NCBI GenBank assembly: GCA_017479205.1
Contig: JAFVCN010000009.1
Span: forward strand, 2,179 to 66,178
DNA length: 64,000 nt
From: Candidatus Saccharimonadota bacterium
GTDB taxonomy: Bacteria > Patescibacteriota > Saccharimonadia > Saccharimonadales > Saccharimonadaceae
Reading direction: 5' to 3'
Shown here: piece by piece, positions 10,862 through 18,516 of the stretch
How positions within the stretch are numbered: the first letter of the stretch is position 1
How the letters are laid out: each line of letters starts with the position of its first letter
The notes under the pieces: generated by a model
Told to the model about the DNA's origin: nothing
Database searches by the model: none
What the model saw: only the letters and a program-made list of their open reading frames with translations
Translations under genes and position numbers: made by a program

Positions 10862-11284
10862 ATGAATAATTCGGAGGGAAAATTTAATTTTGATGTAGAG
10901 TCCACATCTTTTGATGTGTGGAGTGCGTTAAATGATGGCGAAAGCTGGGATGATTTTGAAAAAACTGAAAATTGGTGGGACGATGAAGATGAGATTGACT
11001 GGAATATCGATGTGCTTTCAGGCAAGAAAATCAGACCTGAGATTTCTGATGTAAGAATTAAACCTAATACTCCTAATATAAAAAATAAGCCTAAAATTCC
11101 TGGCGTAAAAATCAAGAATGTGGTTAATGACGTAAAAATTAGCGATATAAAACCGAATTTTAGTAATGGTCTAAGGCCGAAAAAGATTGATCTTATAAGA
11201 CGAGCTCAAAATTCAGATAAAGCACGAAAAATTAATATTATCGATATGAACGAACCGTCTGAAGATAGTAATATAGATAATTAA
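10862..11284 (+). CDS. hypothetical protein (acidic W/D/E-rich N-terminus, basic K/P/N-rich centre)
   Basis: ORF with a leaderless-type promoter (TGATAGAAT, 6 nt before the ATG) and a downstream hairpin terminator. No family recognised. Confidence 0.4.
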   Translation: MNNSEGKFNFDVESTSFDVWSALNDGESWDDFEKTENWWDDEDEIDWNIDVLSGKKIRPEISDVRIKPNTPNIKNKPKIPGVKIKNVVNDVKISDIKPNFSNGLRPKKIDLIRRAQNSDKARKINIIDMNEPSEDSNIDN

Positions 11285-11291
11285 AAACAAA

Positions 11292-11314
11292 AAAGCCGCT
11301 AAAAAAGCGGCTTT
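11292..11314. terminator. bidirectional terminator between convergent genes
   Basis: AAAGCCGCT-AAAAA-AGCGGCTTT flanked by A and T runs. Confidence 0.7.
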
Positions 11315-11318
11315 AAGA

Positions 11319-11768
11319 TTAGGCGTTTGTATGTCCGACGTAAGCGATATTCTGTGCTAGCGCCTGATCCTGTAAGCGAGCCTGGCGAACTAAATCGTCA
11401 ACGCAGGAGTTAACGGAATGTTTAACGCGGGCTTTTTCTTCAGCTTTTTTACCATCATTCCAACGGTCGAGCGTACCAACTAAATAACCAGTAATGCGGC
11501 GAAGACGTTCGAATTTACCGCCTGCAAAATATTCGTTGTGTTCGTTAAAATATTTTTCGGCTTTTGATTCATTTCCAAATTTCGAAATAAGGGAAACTCC
11601 TAATTCAACGAGTACGCTAGCATGCATATTTTCATACTTATCGACTGTTTCTAGGGCTGTTTTTATTTCAGCTTCTGGAACTTTTGCATATTTATTGAGG
11701 GATTTAGAGAAGCGTTCAAAATCAAATTTTTCAGCATCGCTTGGGTTATGATAGAGAATATTTTTCAT
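11319..11768 (-). CDS. stand-alone protein with NrdD-type C-terminal glycyl-radical motif
   Basis: RRITGYLVGTLDRWNDGKKAEEKARVKH matches the NrdD radical-glycine tail pattern RRxxGYL...GKxxExKxRVKH. Only 149 aa, with no Zn-ribbon cysteines. Own promoter with tandem NrdR boxes. Confidence 0.6.
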   Translation of the reverse strand: MKNILYHNPSDAEKFDFERFSKSLNKYAKVPEAEIKTALETVDKYENMHASVLVELGVSLISKFGNESKAEKYFNEHNEYFAGGKFERLRRITGYLVGTLDRWNDGKKAEEKARVKHSVNSCVDDLVRQARLQDQALAQNIAYVGHTNA

Positions 11769-11811
11769 TTTTTGTCCTTAATTTAATAAAACATTTGTTA
11801 TTCTGCTTATG

Positions 11812-11841
11812 ATTATAAACGCTATATATAGCGTTTGTCAA
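11812..11841 (-). promoter_or_regulatory. sigma-70-type promoter of the NrdD-tail gene
   Basis: On the minus strand: TTGACA (11841-11836), 18-nt spacer, TATAAT (11817-11812). SD AAGGAC precedes ATG 11768. Confidence 0.6.
11819..11834. promoter_or_regulatory. NrdR box 1 (ACGCTATATATAGCGT)
   Basis: Perfect 16-nt palindrome. Matches the NrdR-box consensus acaCwAtATaTwGtgt except for the symmetric positions 3 and 14. Lies in the -35/-10 spacer. Confidence 0.7.
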
Positions 11842-11850
11842 TACTTTTTA

Positions 11851-11866
11851 ACGCTAAATATAGTGT
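11851..11866. promoter_or_regulatory. NrdR box 2 (ACGCTAAATATAGTGT)
   Basis: Second near-consensus box, 32 bp centre to centre from box 1. Confidence 0.65.
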
Positions 11867-11943
11867 TTTTTATAAAAATAGAGTTTTATGCTGTAATTGT
11901 AGATATGAATTTAAAAATTGGGATCTTATAATTCTAAACTAAT

Positions 11944-12198
11944 CTACTTTTTTGTCTTTTTTCTACTATGTTTCTTTATTTTAATAATTGCGAAAATAGC
12001 AATCAGACCCCAAGCTATTTGAAGTGCAAACGAAAACCAGGCGTCACGCGGAAAAAGTCCAATCGCCATCAATATTGCTGACAATAAATTTAATAGCTGG
12101 TAGTTCAAACCTGGCTTTATCTTTTTTGTAGATAACAATAAATATGCTAAGACTACTAAAAATGAGCCAATCCAACCAACAATATCAAAAGCCAACAT
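11944..12198 (-). CDS. small three-TM membrane protein
   Basis: 84 aa with three hydrophobic helices and a basic tail (KKHSRKKTKK). Family uncertain. Confidence 0.4.
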   Translation of the reverse strand: MLAFDIVGWIGSFLVVLAYLLLSTKKIKPGLNYQLLNLLSAILMAIGLFPRDAWFSFALQIAWGLIAIFAIIKIKKHSRKKTKK

Positions 12199-12351
12199 AT
12201 TACAATCCTTTCGCTTATGTTATACATAACCATTGTATCATAAAGTATGTTACGATTATGCTAACTTCCAATTTTAGTCTAGCCATATCTCATATTATGC
12301 ACCAAAATATGTTATAATAATACTAATAATAACAGATATCACAGATTGGTT

Positions 12352-13347
12352 ATGAATTTAAAGATAGGAATTGTTGGGCTGCCAAATGTAGGAAAATCGA
12401 CGCTTTTTAATGCTTTGACGAACGCTGGAGCGTTGGCGGCGAATTATCCTTTTGCAACAATTGAACCGAATATTGGAATTGTTCCAGTTCCGGATGAACG
12501 TCTTGACAAGCTCGCAGAAATGTATGAAACAGAAAAGAAAGTTCCGGCTACGGTTGAGTTTGTTGATATCGCAGGATTGGTAGCTGGAGCGAGTAAAGGG
12601 GAGGGTCTTGGCAATAAGTTTCTTGCACATATTCGTGAATGTCAGGCGATTTGTCATGTTGTGCGTGCTTTCTTGAATGATGATATCGTGCGCGCTGATC
12701 AGGAAGTTGAAACTGATATTTTAAAGCAGGCGAAAGATGATATTGATATTATTAATCTTGAGCTTCAGCTTGCGGATGATGAAACTAAAGAGAAAATCGC
12801 CGCAAAAAGGAAAAAAGATCCAGCTGATGAAAATATTCCATTTTTGACTGATAAACCAGTAATTTATATGTTTAATGTCGATGAAAATGGTTTAGTAGAT
12901 GAAGAACTAAAAACGAAGCTAAAAGCATTGGTTGAGCCGGCGGAAGCGATTTTTGTAAATGCAAAACTTGAAGAAGAAATGTCTGATATGAATAGGACGG
13001 AGAGAAAGGAATTTCTTGAAAGTTATGGCGTAAAAGACGATGCGTTAGGCGAGCTGATTAAGGCGGCATACTCTACGCTTGGACTCCAGTCGTTTTTAAC
13101 TGCTGGCAAGAAAGAGGTGCGGGCTTGGACAATTAAGAAAGGCGCAACTGCTCCAGAGGCGGCAGGTACGATTCATACTGATTTTGAGCGTGGTTTCATT
13201 GCGGCGGAAGTGATGAAGTATGATGATTTAGTTGAACTTGGATCGGAACAAAATGTAAAATCTGCAGGAAAACTAGCCACAGTTGGAAAAACGTATATAA
13301 TGGAAGAAGGAGATATTGTCGAATTTAAGTTCAATGTCTCTAAATAA
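12352..13347 (+). CDS. ychF: ribosome-binding ATPase YchF (Obg-like GTPase family)
   Basis: IGIVGLPNVGKSTLFNALT P-loop, a TGS-like C-terminus (HTDFERGFIAAEV). ATG 12352 is preferred over the TTG at 12346. Confidence 0.9.
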   Translation: MNLKIGIVGLPNVGKSTLFNALTNAGALAANYPFATIEPNIGIVPVPDERLDKLAEMYETEKKVPATVEFVDIAGLVAGASKGEGLGNKFLAHIRECQAICHVVRAFLNDDIVRADQEVETDILKQAKDDIDIINLELQLADDETKEKIAAKRKKDPADENIPFLTDKPVIYMFNVDENGLVDEELKTKLKALVEPAEAIFVNAKLEEEMSDMNRTERKEFLESYGVKDDALGELIKAAYSTLGLQSFLTAGKKEVRAWTIKKGATAPEAAGTIHTDFERGFIAAEVMKYDDLVELGSEQNVKSAGKLATVGKTYIMEEGDIVEFKFNVSK

Positions 13348-13358
13348 CAGGGAGAAGT

Positions 13359-14159
13359 ATGGAATTTAATTTCACTTTCAGACAACTCATTAACCCATTA
13401 ATTTATATTGTTGTCGCTTTTATAATTTATTTTATTTTAGATAGAATTGTCAATTTGTTTTTTGAACGACATAAAGAACGGCTAATCGCGCGACAAATGC
13501 AGAGAATAATTACGTTAAAAGCAATGACTATGAGTATTATAAAATATATTATGGTTATTGGTGTACTTTTAGCGACTTTGTCGAATTTTGGCGTAGATAT
13601 TTCGAGCTTACTCGCGGGGATTGGAATTGCGGGAGCGGTTTTAGGTTTAGCTTTTCAAGATTTAGCAAAAGATGTGATTGCAGGCTTTTCGATTATTACG
13701 GAAGCTCAGTACGAAGTTGGCGATTTAATTGAAGTGAATGGTTTTAAGGGACGTGTTGTTTCGGTTGGCTTAAAAACGACACGAATTAAAAACTATCGCG
13801 GAAAAGTTAAAATTATCTCGAACCGTAATATGGATGAGTTGGTCAATTATTCAAAATATGACACGGTGGCGGAAGTTGAGGTTCAGGCAAGTTATGAAGA
13901 TGATCCAGATAAAGTAGAAAAAGCGCTTGAAAAAGTTAAACAAAATCTTGACGGAAAAATTGAAAATGCAACTGGAGAAATTAGGTTCTTCCCAGTAACT
14001 GGATTAAACGACAGCGGTATTGCTTATAAAATCCAATGTCCTTGCAAGCCGTACAAACATTTTAAGGCGCAGCGTGCAATTCGACGTGAAATTTATAAAG
14101 TCTTTAAGACTGATAAGATTAAAATACCATATAATCAGTTAGAGATTCATTCTAAGTAG
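13359..14159 (+). CDS. mechanosensitive ion channel, MscS family
   Basis: TM3/beta-domain signature LLAGIGIAGAVLGLAFQDLAKDVIAGFSII...GDLIEVNGFKGRVVSVGLKTTRI. Confidence 0.85.
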   Translation: MEFNFTFRQLINPLIYIVVAFIIYFILDRIVNLFFERHKERLIARQMQRIITLKAMTMSIIKYIMVIGVLLATLSNFGVDISSLLAGIGIAGAVLGLAFQDLAKDVIAGFSIITEAQYEVGDLIEVNGFKGRVVSVGLKTTRIKNYRGKVKIISNRNMDELVNYSKYDTVAEVEVQASYEDDPDKVEKALEKVKQNLDGKIENATGEIRFFPVTGLNDSGIAYKIQCPCKPYKHFKAQRAIRREIYKVFKTDKIKIPYNQLEIHSK

Positions 14160-14877
14160 GGATGCGCTCGTCTGGGCAGGAACTAAGGACACGAGAAATT
14201 GCATCTTTTTCTGCTTCGGTAACCCAGAGTCCATATTTATGTTTTACGGCAACTTGTCTTGCGACATATTGACAACGGAAACCTTTATTTTTAGGAAGCC
14301 AAGTTGCCGCATCGCCGTCTGATTTCTGTTGGTTTGCGCTAGAATCGACGGCAATGAGGTTCAGAGGGTCGGTAGCAATATTAAATCTAGTTTCATTAGT
14401 CATGTATTGTGCGCCTTTTTGCCAGGCATCAGATAATGCTACTACATGATCGATTTGCAGACCTTTTGAAATCTGGGTTTTTTCAGTAAAAGTTAGCTCT
14501 TGTCCGGTGTAAGGCTCATAAAGGCTACCGGAAATAACTGTACAATTATCAGAAGAAAGCTTTGCGGTTTCGCCAAAGTCGCGTTTTAGAATGCGCTGTC
14601 TAAGATTGCAGCCGCTTTCGGTCGGCCAAGAATCGTAAAATTTCGTGCGTTCGTAGCCGGTTTTTGGCGCGCGCCCTTTTACCTCTAATTTTTCTAAAAT
14701 CTCTTGGGCGAGCGGGGAATCGGAATTATTAGAACTAATAGCGGTTGTTTCAGAAGATGAGCCAAAATCAATGTAAATGCGTTCATAGGAAGCGGGGTTT
14801 AGAAAAATTGCTAGCGCTATTAAAATAGTAGCTCCGACTATTGCAATAATTCGACGATTGCGATATTTTTTCTGCAT
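14152..14877 (-). CDS. membrane-anchored/secreted HNH-type nuclease (DUF1524-like)
   Basis: N-terminal TM/signal, then IDHVVALSDAWQKG...NLIAVDSSANQQKSDGDAATWLP, as in the DUF1524 (GmrSD C-terminal-like) nuclease family. Confidence 0.6.
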   Translation of the reverse strand: MQKKYRNRRIIAIVGATILIALAIFLNPASYERIYIDFGSSSETTAISSNNSDSPLAQEILEKLEVKGRAPKTGYERTKFYDSWPTESGCNLRQRILKRDFGETAKLSSDNCTVISGSLYEPYTGQELTFTEKTQISKGLQIDHVVALSDAWQKGAQYMTNETRFNIATDPLNLIAVDSSANQQKSDGDAATWLPKNKGFRCQYVARQVAVKHKYGLWVTEAEKDAISRVLSSCPDERIPT

Positions 14878-15518
14878 TATCTTTTTGCGACTAGCATCGC
14901 ATCTCCGTCGCCATTAAAATCTTCTTCAGGAACTTTGCCGATAATTTTTTCTACGACCATTTTGAAAGTAATAAGGCCGACAACTTGTCCGTCGCGATTT
15001 ACGACCATGAAAAAGTAAGAGTTTGTACGCAAGAAAGCTGATAATGCTTCCATTAAAGAGTAATCTTCGCGCATAAAGCAAACCTTTTTATCAAGATAAC
15101 TAGCTGCGCGGTCGGTTTCTTTAATCTCGAGCGAGTTTAAAGACGAAGTATGGAGAATTCCAGCGACTGAACCTTTAACGTCTAGAACCGGAAAATGAGA
15201 AAAGCCGGACTTATAAAGTTTATCTAGCGTGAGTGGTCCCATAAAATCGTTAACATGAACAAAAGTGATTTTTTCTCGGGGAAGCATCAGGTCTTTAACT
15301 CTACGATCACTGAAAGTCATAGCTGACATAATTTTATTACGGTCTTCGCTCGATAAAACGTCTTCTGGCAATTTTCTGAGAACCCAAATTAAATCTTCAG
15401 TGGTTTCTGGTAGATAGAGTTCAGGAATTTCTGGCTCTGTTTCAGCTTCTGTATCTTTTGTTTTTAGTGTACGTATTTTTGTTAGAAAATCTGAAATTTT
15501 TAATTTAATTTTTTCCAT
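14877..15518 (-). CDS. CBS-pair domain protein (CorC/CNNM-type cytosolic module)
   Basis: The motif RVKDLMLPREKITFVHVND precedes two CBS repeats. No DUF21 membrane domain in this ORF. Confidence 0.6.
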   Translation of the reverse strand: MEKIKLKISDFLTKIRTLKTKDTEAETEPEIPELYLPETTEDLIWVLRKLPEDVLSSEDRNKIMSAMTFSDRRVKDLMLPREKITFVHVNDFMGPLTLDKLYKSGFSHFPVLDVKGSVAGILHTSSLNSLEIKETDRAASYLDKKVCFMREDYSLMEALSAFLRTNSYFFMVVNRDGQVVGLITFKMVVEKIIGKVPEEDFNGDGDAMLVAKR

Positions 15519-15596
15519 ATACCTCCGATTTTTCCGCCCACATACCCTAAAATGATGTATAATATATATAATAATTATACCAAACTAGGAGTTAAA

Positions 15597-16304
15597 ATGA
15601 AGAAATCCACAAAAATTATTATTGGTTGTCTCGCTGCTTTGGTCGTTGGAGGTATTGGTTTTGCTATTTTCTCTAGTGCTCAGAAGTCTGCAGAGATGGA
15701 AAAATATAGTGAATGGGATATTATTGAAGGAAATAACGTAAACGGTAATATCGCGGATCACGTAATTGGGAATAAAGATGCTAAAGTTAAAGTAATTGAA
15801 TATGCTGATTTTCAATGTTCAGCTTGCGCAACGACTTTTCCTTATATTCATGAAATAATTGATGAATATAAAGATCAGGTTGCCTTAGTTTTTCGTACTT
15901 ATGTAATCAATTATCATCAGAATGGCACTGCGGCGGCGACGGCGGCGACGGCGGCTGGACTTCAGGGGTATTTTGACGAATATGCAACACTTCTTTTCGC
16001 AAATCAGAATGAATGGTATGATGCGGAAGGCACGAACCGTGATGAGATTTTTAAGAGCTACCTAGAAGACGCTTCTAACGGGGAGGCGGATGTTAAAAAA
16101 TATACAGAAGACTTAAAATCTTCTGCGGTTAAGGAAAAAATTGCTTTTGACCGTGCGTTAGCGCTTCGCGTCAAGTTGTCTGCAACGCCGTTAATTTATA
16201 TTAATCAAGAGAAATATGAAATAGCTTCAGCTAAGGAGTCTGAGTTTAAGGCAGATTTTAAAGCGAAGCTTGAAGAAGCTATTAATAAGGCTTATAACGA
16301 ATAA
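15597..16304 (+). CDS. DsbA-family thiol:disulfide oxidoreductase, membrane-anchored
   Basis: TM anchor, then VIEYADFQCSACATTFPY (CxxC thioredoxin fold). ATG 15597 follows SD AGGAG. The track start at 15552 lies inside the promoter. Confidence 0.7.
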   Translation: MKKSTKIIIGCLAALVVGGIGFAIFSSAQKSAEMEKYSEWDIIEGNNVNGNIADHVIGNKDAKVKVIEYADFQCSACATTFPYIHEIIDEYKDQVALVFRTYVINYHQNGTAAATAATAAGLQGYFDEYATLLFANQNEWYDAEGTNRDEIFKSYLEDASNGEADVKKYTEDLKSSAVKEKIAFDRALALRVKLSATPLIYINQEKYEIASAKESEFKADFKAKLEEAINKAYNE

Positions 16305-16321
16305 CCATAAGAAGAAAACAC

Positions 16322-16349
16322 TTGATTTTTTGATAATTCTTTGATATAA
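16322..16349 (+). promoter_or_regulatory. promoter of the orphan small transcription unit
   Basis: TTGATT, 16-nt spacer, TGATATAAT (extended -10). Confidence 0.5.
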
Positions 16350-16491
16350 TAGATATCGTTGTTCTTTACAGATGGCTAGCTTATGTCTCAGGTCGATTGG
16401 TTCTAATGGAGAAGAGCTAGTTTACAGCCTTTTATCTAGAATAGATAAAAGCGGTCGGTGAACAATGAAAATTAAGGAGTTGAATTTTAAC

Positions 16492-16572
16492 ATGCGTAGA
16501 CTTAAACGTGATTCCTCACGTAAAAGGTCGAAACTACCTCCTGCTCCATGGCAGGAATTTATCGAATATTAA
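16492..16572 (+). CDS. 26-codon basic small ORF (MRRLKRDSSRKRSKLPPAPWQEFIEY); in-frame ATG at 16465 would give 35 aa
   Basis: SD AAGGAG lies 8 nt upstream of ATG 16492. It sits between its own near-consensus promoter and a strong terminator. Coding status is unproven. Confidence 0.25.
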   Translation: MRRLKRDSSRKRSKLPPAPWQEFIEY

Positions 16573-16584
16573 TTCGAGCAATTG

Positions 16585-16610
16585 TCCCCTCTTTTCTAGA
16601 GGGGATTTTT
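16585..16610 (+). terminator. intrinsic terminator
   Basis: TCCCCTCT-TTTCT-AGAGGGGA followed by TTTTT. Confidence 0.7.
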
Positions 16611-16646
16611 GTGTTATACTTAATAAGTTAATAGAGAGTTATTTTT

Positions 16647-18452
16647 ATGAGAATTTTATCAGGAGAATGTAAAAATAAAATTAAAGAAACCGTTACTGTC
16701 GAGGGATGGGTTAATTCTCGTCGAGACCATGGAGGCTTAATTTTTATTGACCTTCGCGATGAACAGGGGATTATTCAGTTAGTCGTAACTCCTGATACGA
16801 AAGAGGCTTTCAGTCTTGCGGAAAGTGTTCGTGATGAGTTCGTTTTAAAGGCAACTGGTAAAATGCGTGAGCGTGCGCCAGAGCTTAAAAATCCGAATAT
16901 TGAAACTGGAGATATAGAACTAGTTGTAGAAACTCTCGAGCTCTTAAATAAATCTGATACTCCGCCAGTTAATACGCATGATGATGGTCAGGAGTCGGGA
17001 GAAGATTTGAGATTAAAATATCGCTATCTTGATCTTAGACGACCATATATGCAAAAGATGATGCGTCGTCGTTCTGATTTCTATAAGTTTTTGCGTGATT
17101 TTATGTATGAGAAAGATTTTATCGAAGTTACGACTCCGATTCTTGCAAACTCATCTCCTGAGGGGGCTCGTGATTTTCTCGTTCCATCTCGTCTTCATCC
17201 TGGTCAGTTCTATGCTTTGCCGCAGGCGCCACAGCAGTTTAAACAGCTTTTGATGGTTGGTGGGGTTCCGCGCTATTTTCAGTTAGCGCCATGCTTTAGA
17301 GATGAAGATCCGAGAGCAGACCGTTTGTATGGCGATTTTTATCAACTGGATTTAGAGATGGCATTTGTTGATAATGGCGAAGAAATTCGAAAAACGACTG
17401 AACCGTTAATTAAGAAGCTCGTGAAAGAATTTGCTAATAAGAAGTTAGTTCTAAATGCTCCGACAGCGAAGAAATATCTTCCTGAAGGAGAAGAATTTGT
17501 ACCGCGTATTCCGTTTGATGTCGCAATGGATGTGTATGGAGTAGATAAGCCAGATCTTCGATATGGAATGGAATTAGTTGATTTAACAGAGGCTCTTAAA
17601 GGAACTGAATTTAAAGTTTTCCAGAGTCCAGTCGTAAAAGCGCTTTGTGTAAAAAATGGAGCGTCTTTAACTCGTTCTCAAATTGATAATTTTACCGATG
17701 AGGCGCGAAAACTTGGTGCTGGTGGTTTAGCTTATATTATTTATGAAAATGGAGCTGAAAAAAGTCCGATTGCTAAATTCCTAAAACCAGAAGAACTAGC
17801 GAAAATTAAAGAATTAACTGGAGCGGAAGATGGCGATGCAGTCTTCTTTGGAGCGGACACCCGCGAAAAGGTAAATAAAGTTTTAGGTCAGCTTCGCATT
17901 CAGTTTGCAGATCATTTTGAATTAAAAAATAATGATGAAGTCGCGCTTTGCTGGATTACAGACTTCCCATTTTATGAATTTAATGATGGAGAGAAGAAGA
18001 TTGATTTTGGACATAACCCATTCTCGATGCCAAAAGGTGGGTTAAAAGCGCTAGAAGATGCTAAAACTGATGAAGAAAAATTAGCGATTGTTGCTGATCA
18101 GTACGATATGGTAATGAACGGCTATGAAATTTGTTCTGGTGCAGTTAGAAATCATAATCCAGAGATTATGTATAAGGTCTTCGGAATCCTCGGTTATGAT
18201 GAAAAATATGTTGAGGAACGCTTTGGCGGAATGCTAAATGCCTTTAAGTTCGGTGCGCCGCCACACGCTGGTTGTGCCTTCGGAATTGAGCGAATCTTTA
18301 TGGTCTTAATCGATGCAAAAAATATTCGTGATATTGTTGCGTTCCCGAAGAATGGATCAGGTATTGATTTAATGATGGGTTCGCCTACGCCAGTTGATGA
18401 ATATCAGCTGGAAGATACACATATCGCAGTAATTTCGGAAGACGAAGAATAG
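16647..18452 (+). CDS. aspS: aspartate--tRNA ligase
   Basis: OB-fold N-terminus, class II motifs (FRDEDPRADR, GSGIDLMM region) and the bacterial insertion domain. 601 aa. Confidence 0.95.
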   Translation: MRILSGECKNKIKETVTVEGWVNSRRDHGGLIFIDLRDEQGIIQLVVTPDTKEAFSLAESVRDEFVLKATGKMRERAPELKNPNIETGDIELVVETLELLNKSDTPPVNTHDDGQESGEDLRLKYRYLDLRRPYMQKMMRRRSDFYKFLRDFMYEKDFIEVTTPILANSSPEGARDFLVPSRLHPGQFYALPQAPQQFKQLLMVGGVPRYFQLAPCFRDEDPRADRLYGDFYQLDLEMAFVDNGEEIRKTTEPLIKKLVKEFANKKLVLNAPTAKKYLPEGEEFVPRIPFDVAMDVYGVDKPDLRYGMELVDLTEALKGTEFKVFQSPVVKALCVKNGASLTRSQIDNFTDEARKLGAGGLAYIIYENGAEKSPIAKFLKPEELAKIKELTGAEDGDAVFFGADTREKVNKVLGQLRIQFADHFELKNNDEVALCWITDFPFYEFNDGEKKIDFGHNPFSMPKGGLKALEDAKTDEEKLAIVADQYDMVMNGYEICSGAVRNHNPEIMYKVFGILGYDEKYVEERFGGMLNAFKFGAPPHAGCAFGIERIFMVLIDAKNIRDIVAFPKNGSGIDLMMGSPTPVDEYQLEDTHIAVISEDEE

Positions 18453-18463
18453 TAGTATAGAAA

Positions 18464-18498
18464 ATTAGCACTCGACCTTGTAAAGTGCTAATTTTTTT
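18464..18498 (+). terminator. intrinsic terminator after aspS
   Basis: ATTAGCACT ... AGTGCTAAT followed by TTTTTT. Confidence 0.65.
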
Positions 18499-18516
18499 GA
18501 TATAATAGGGGTAGTT

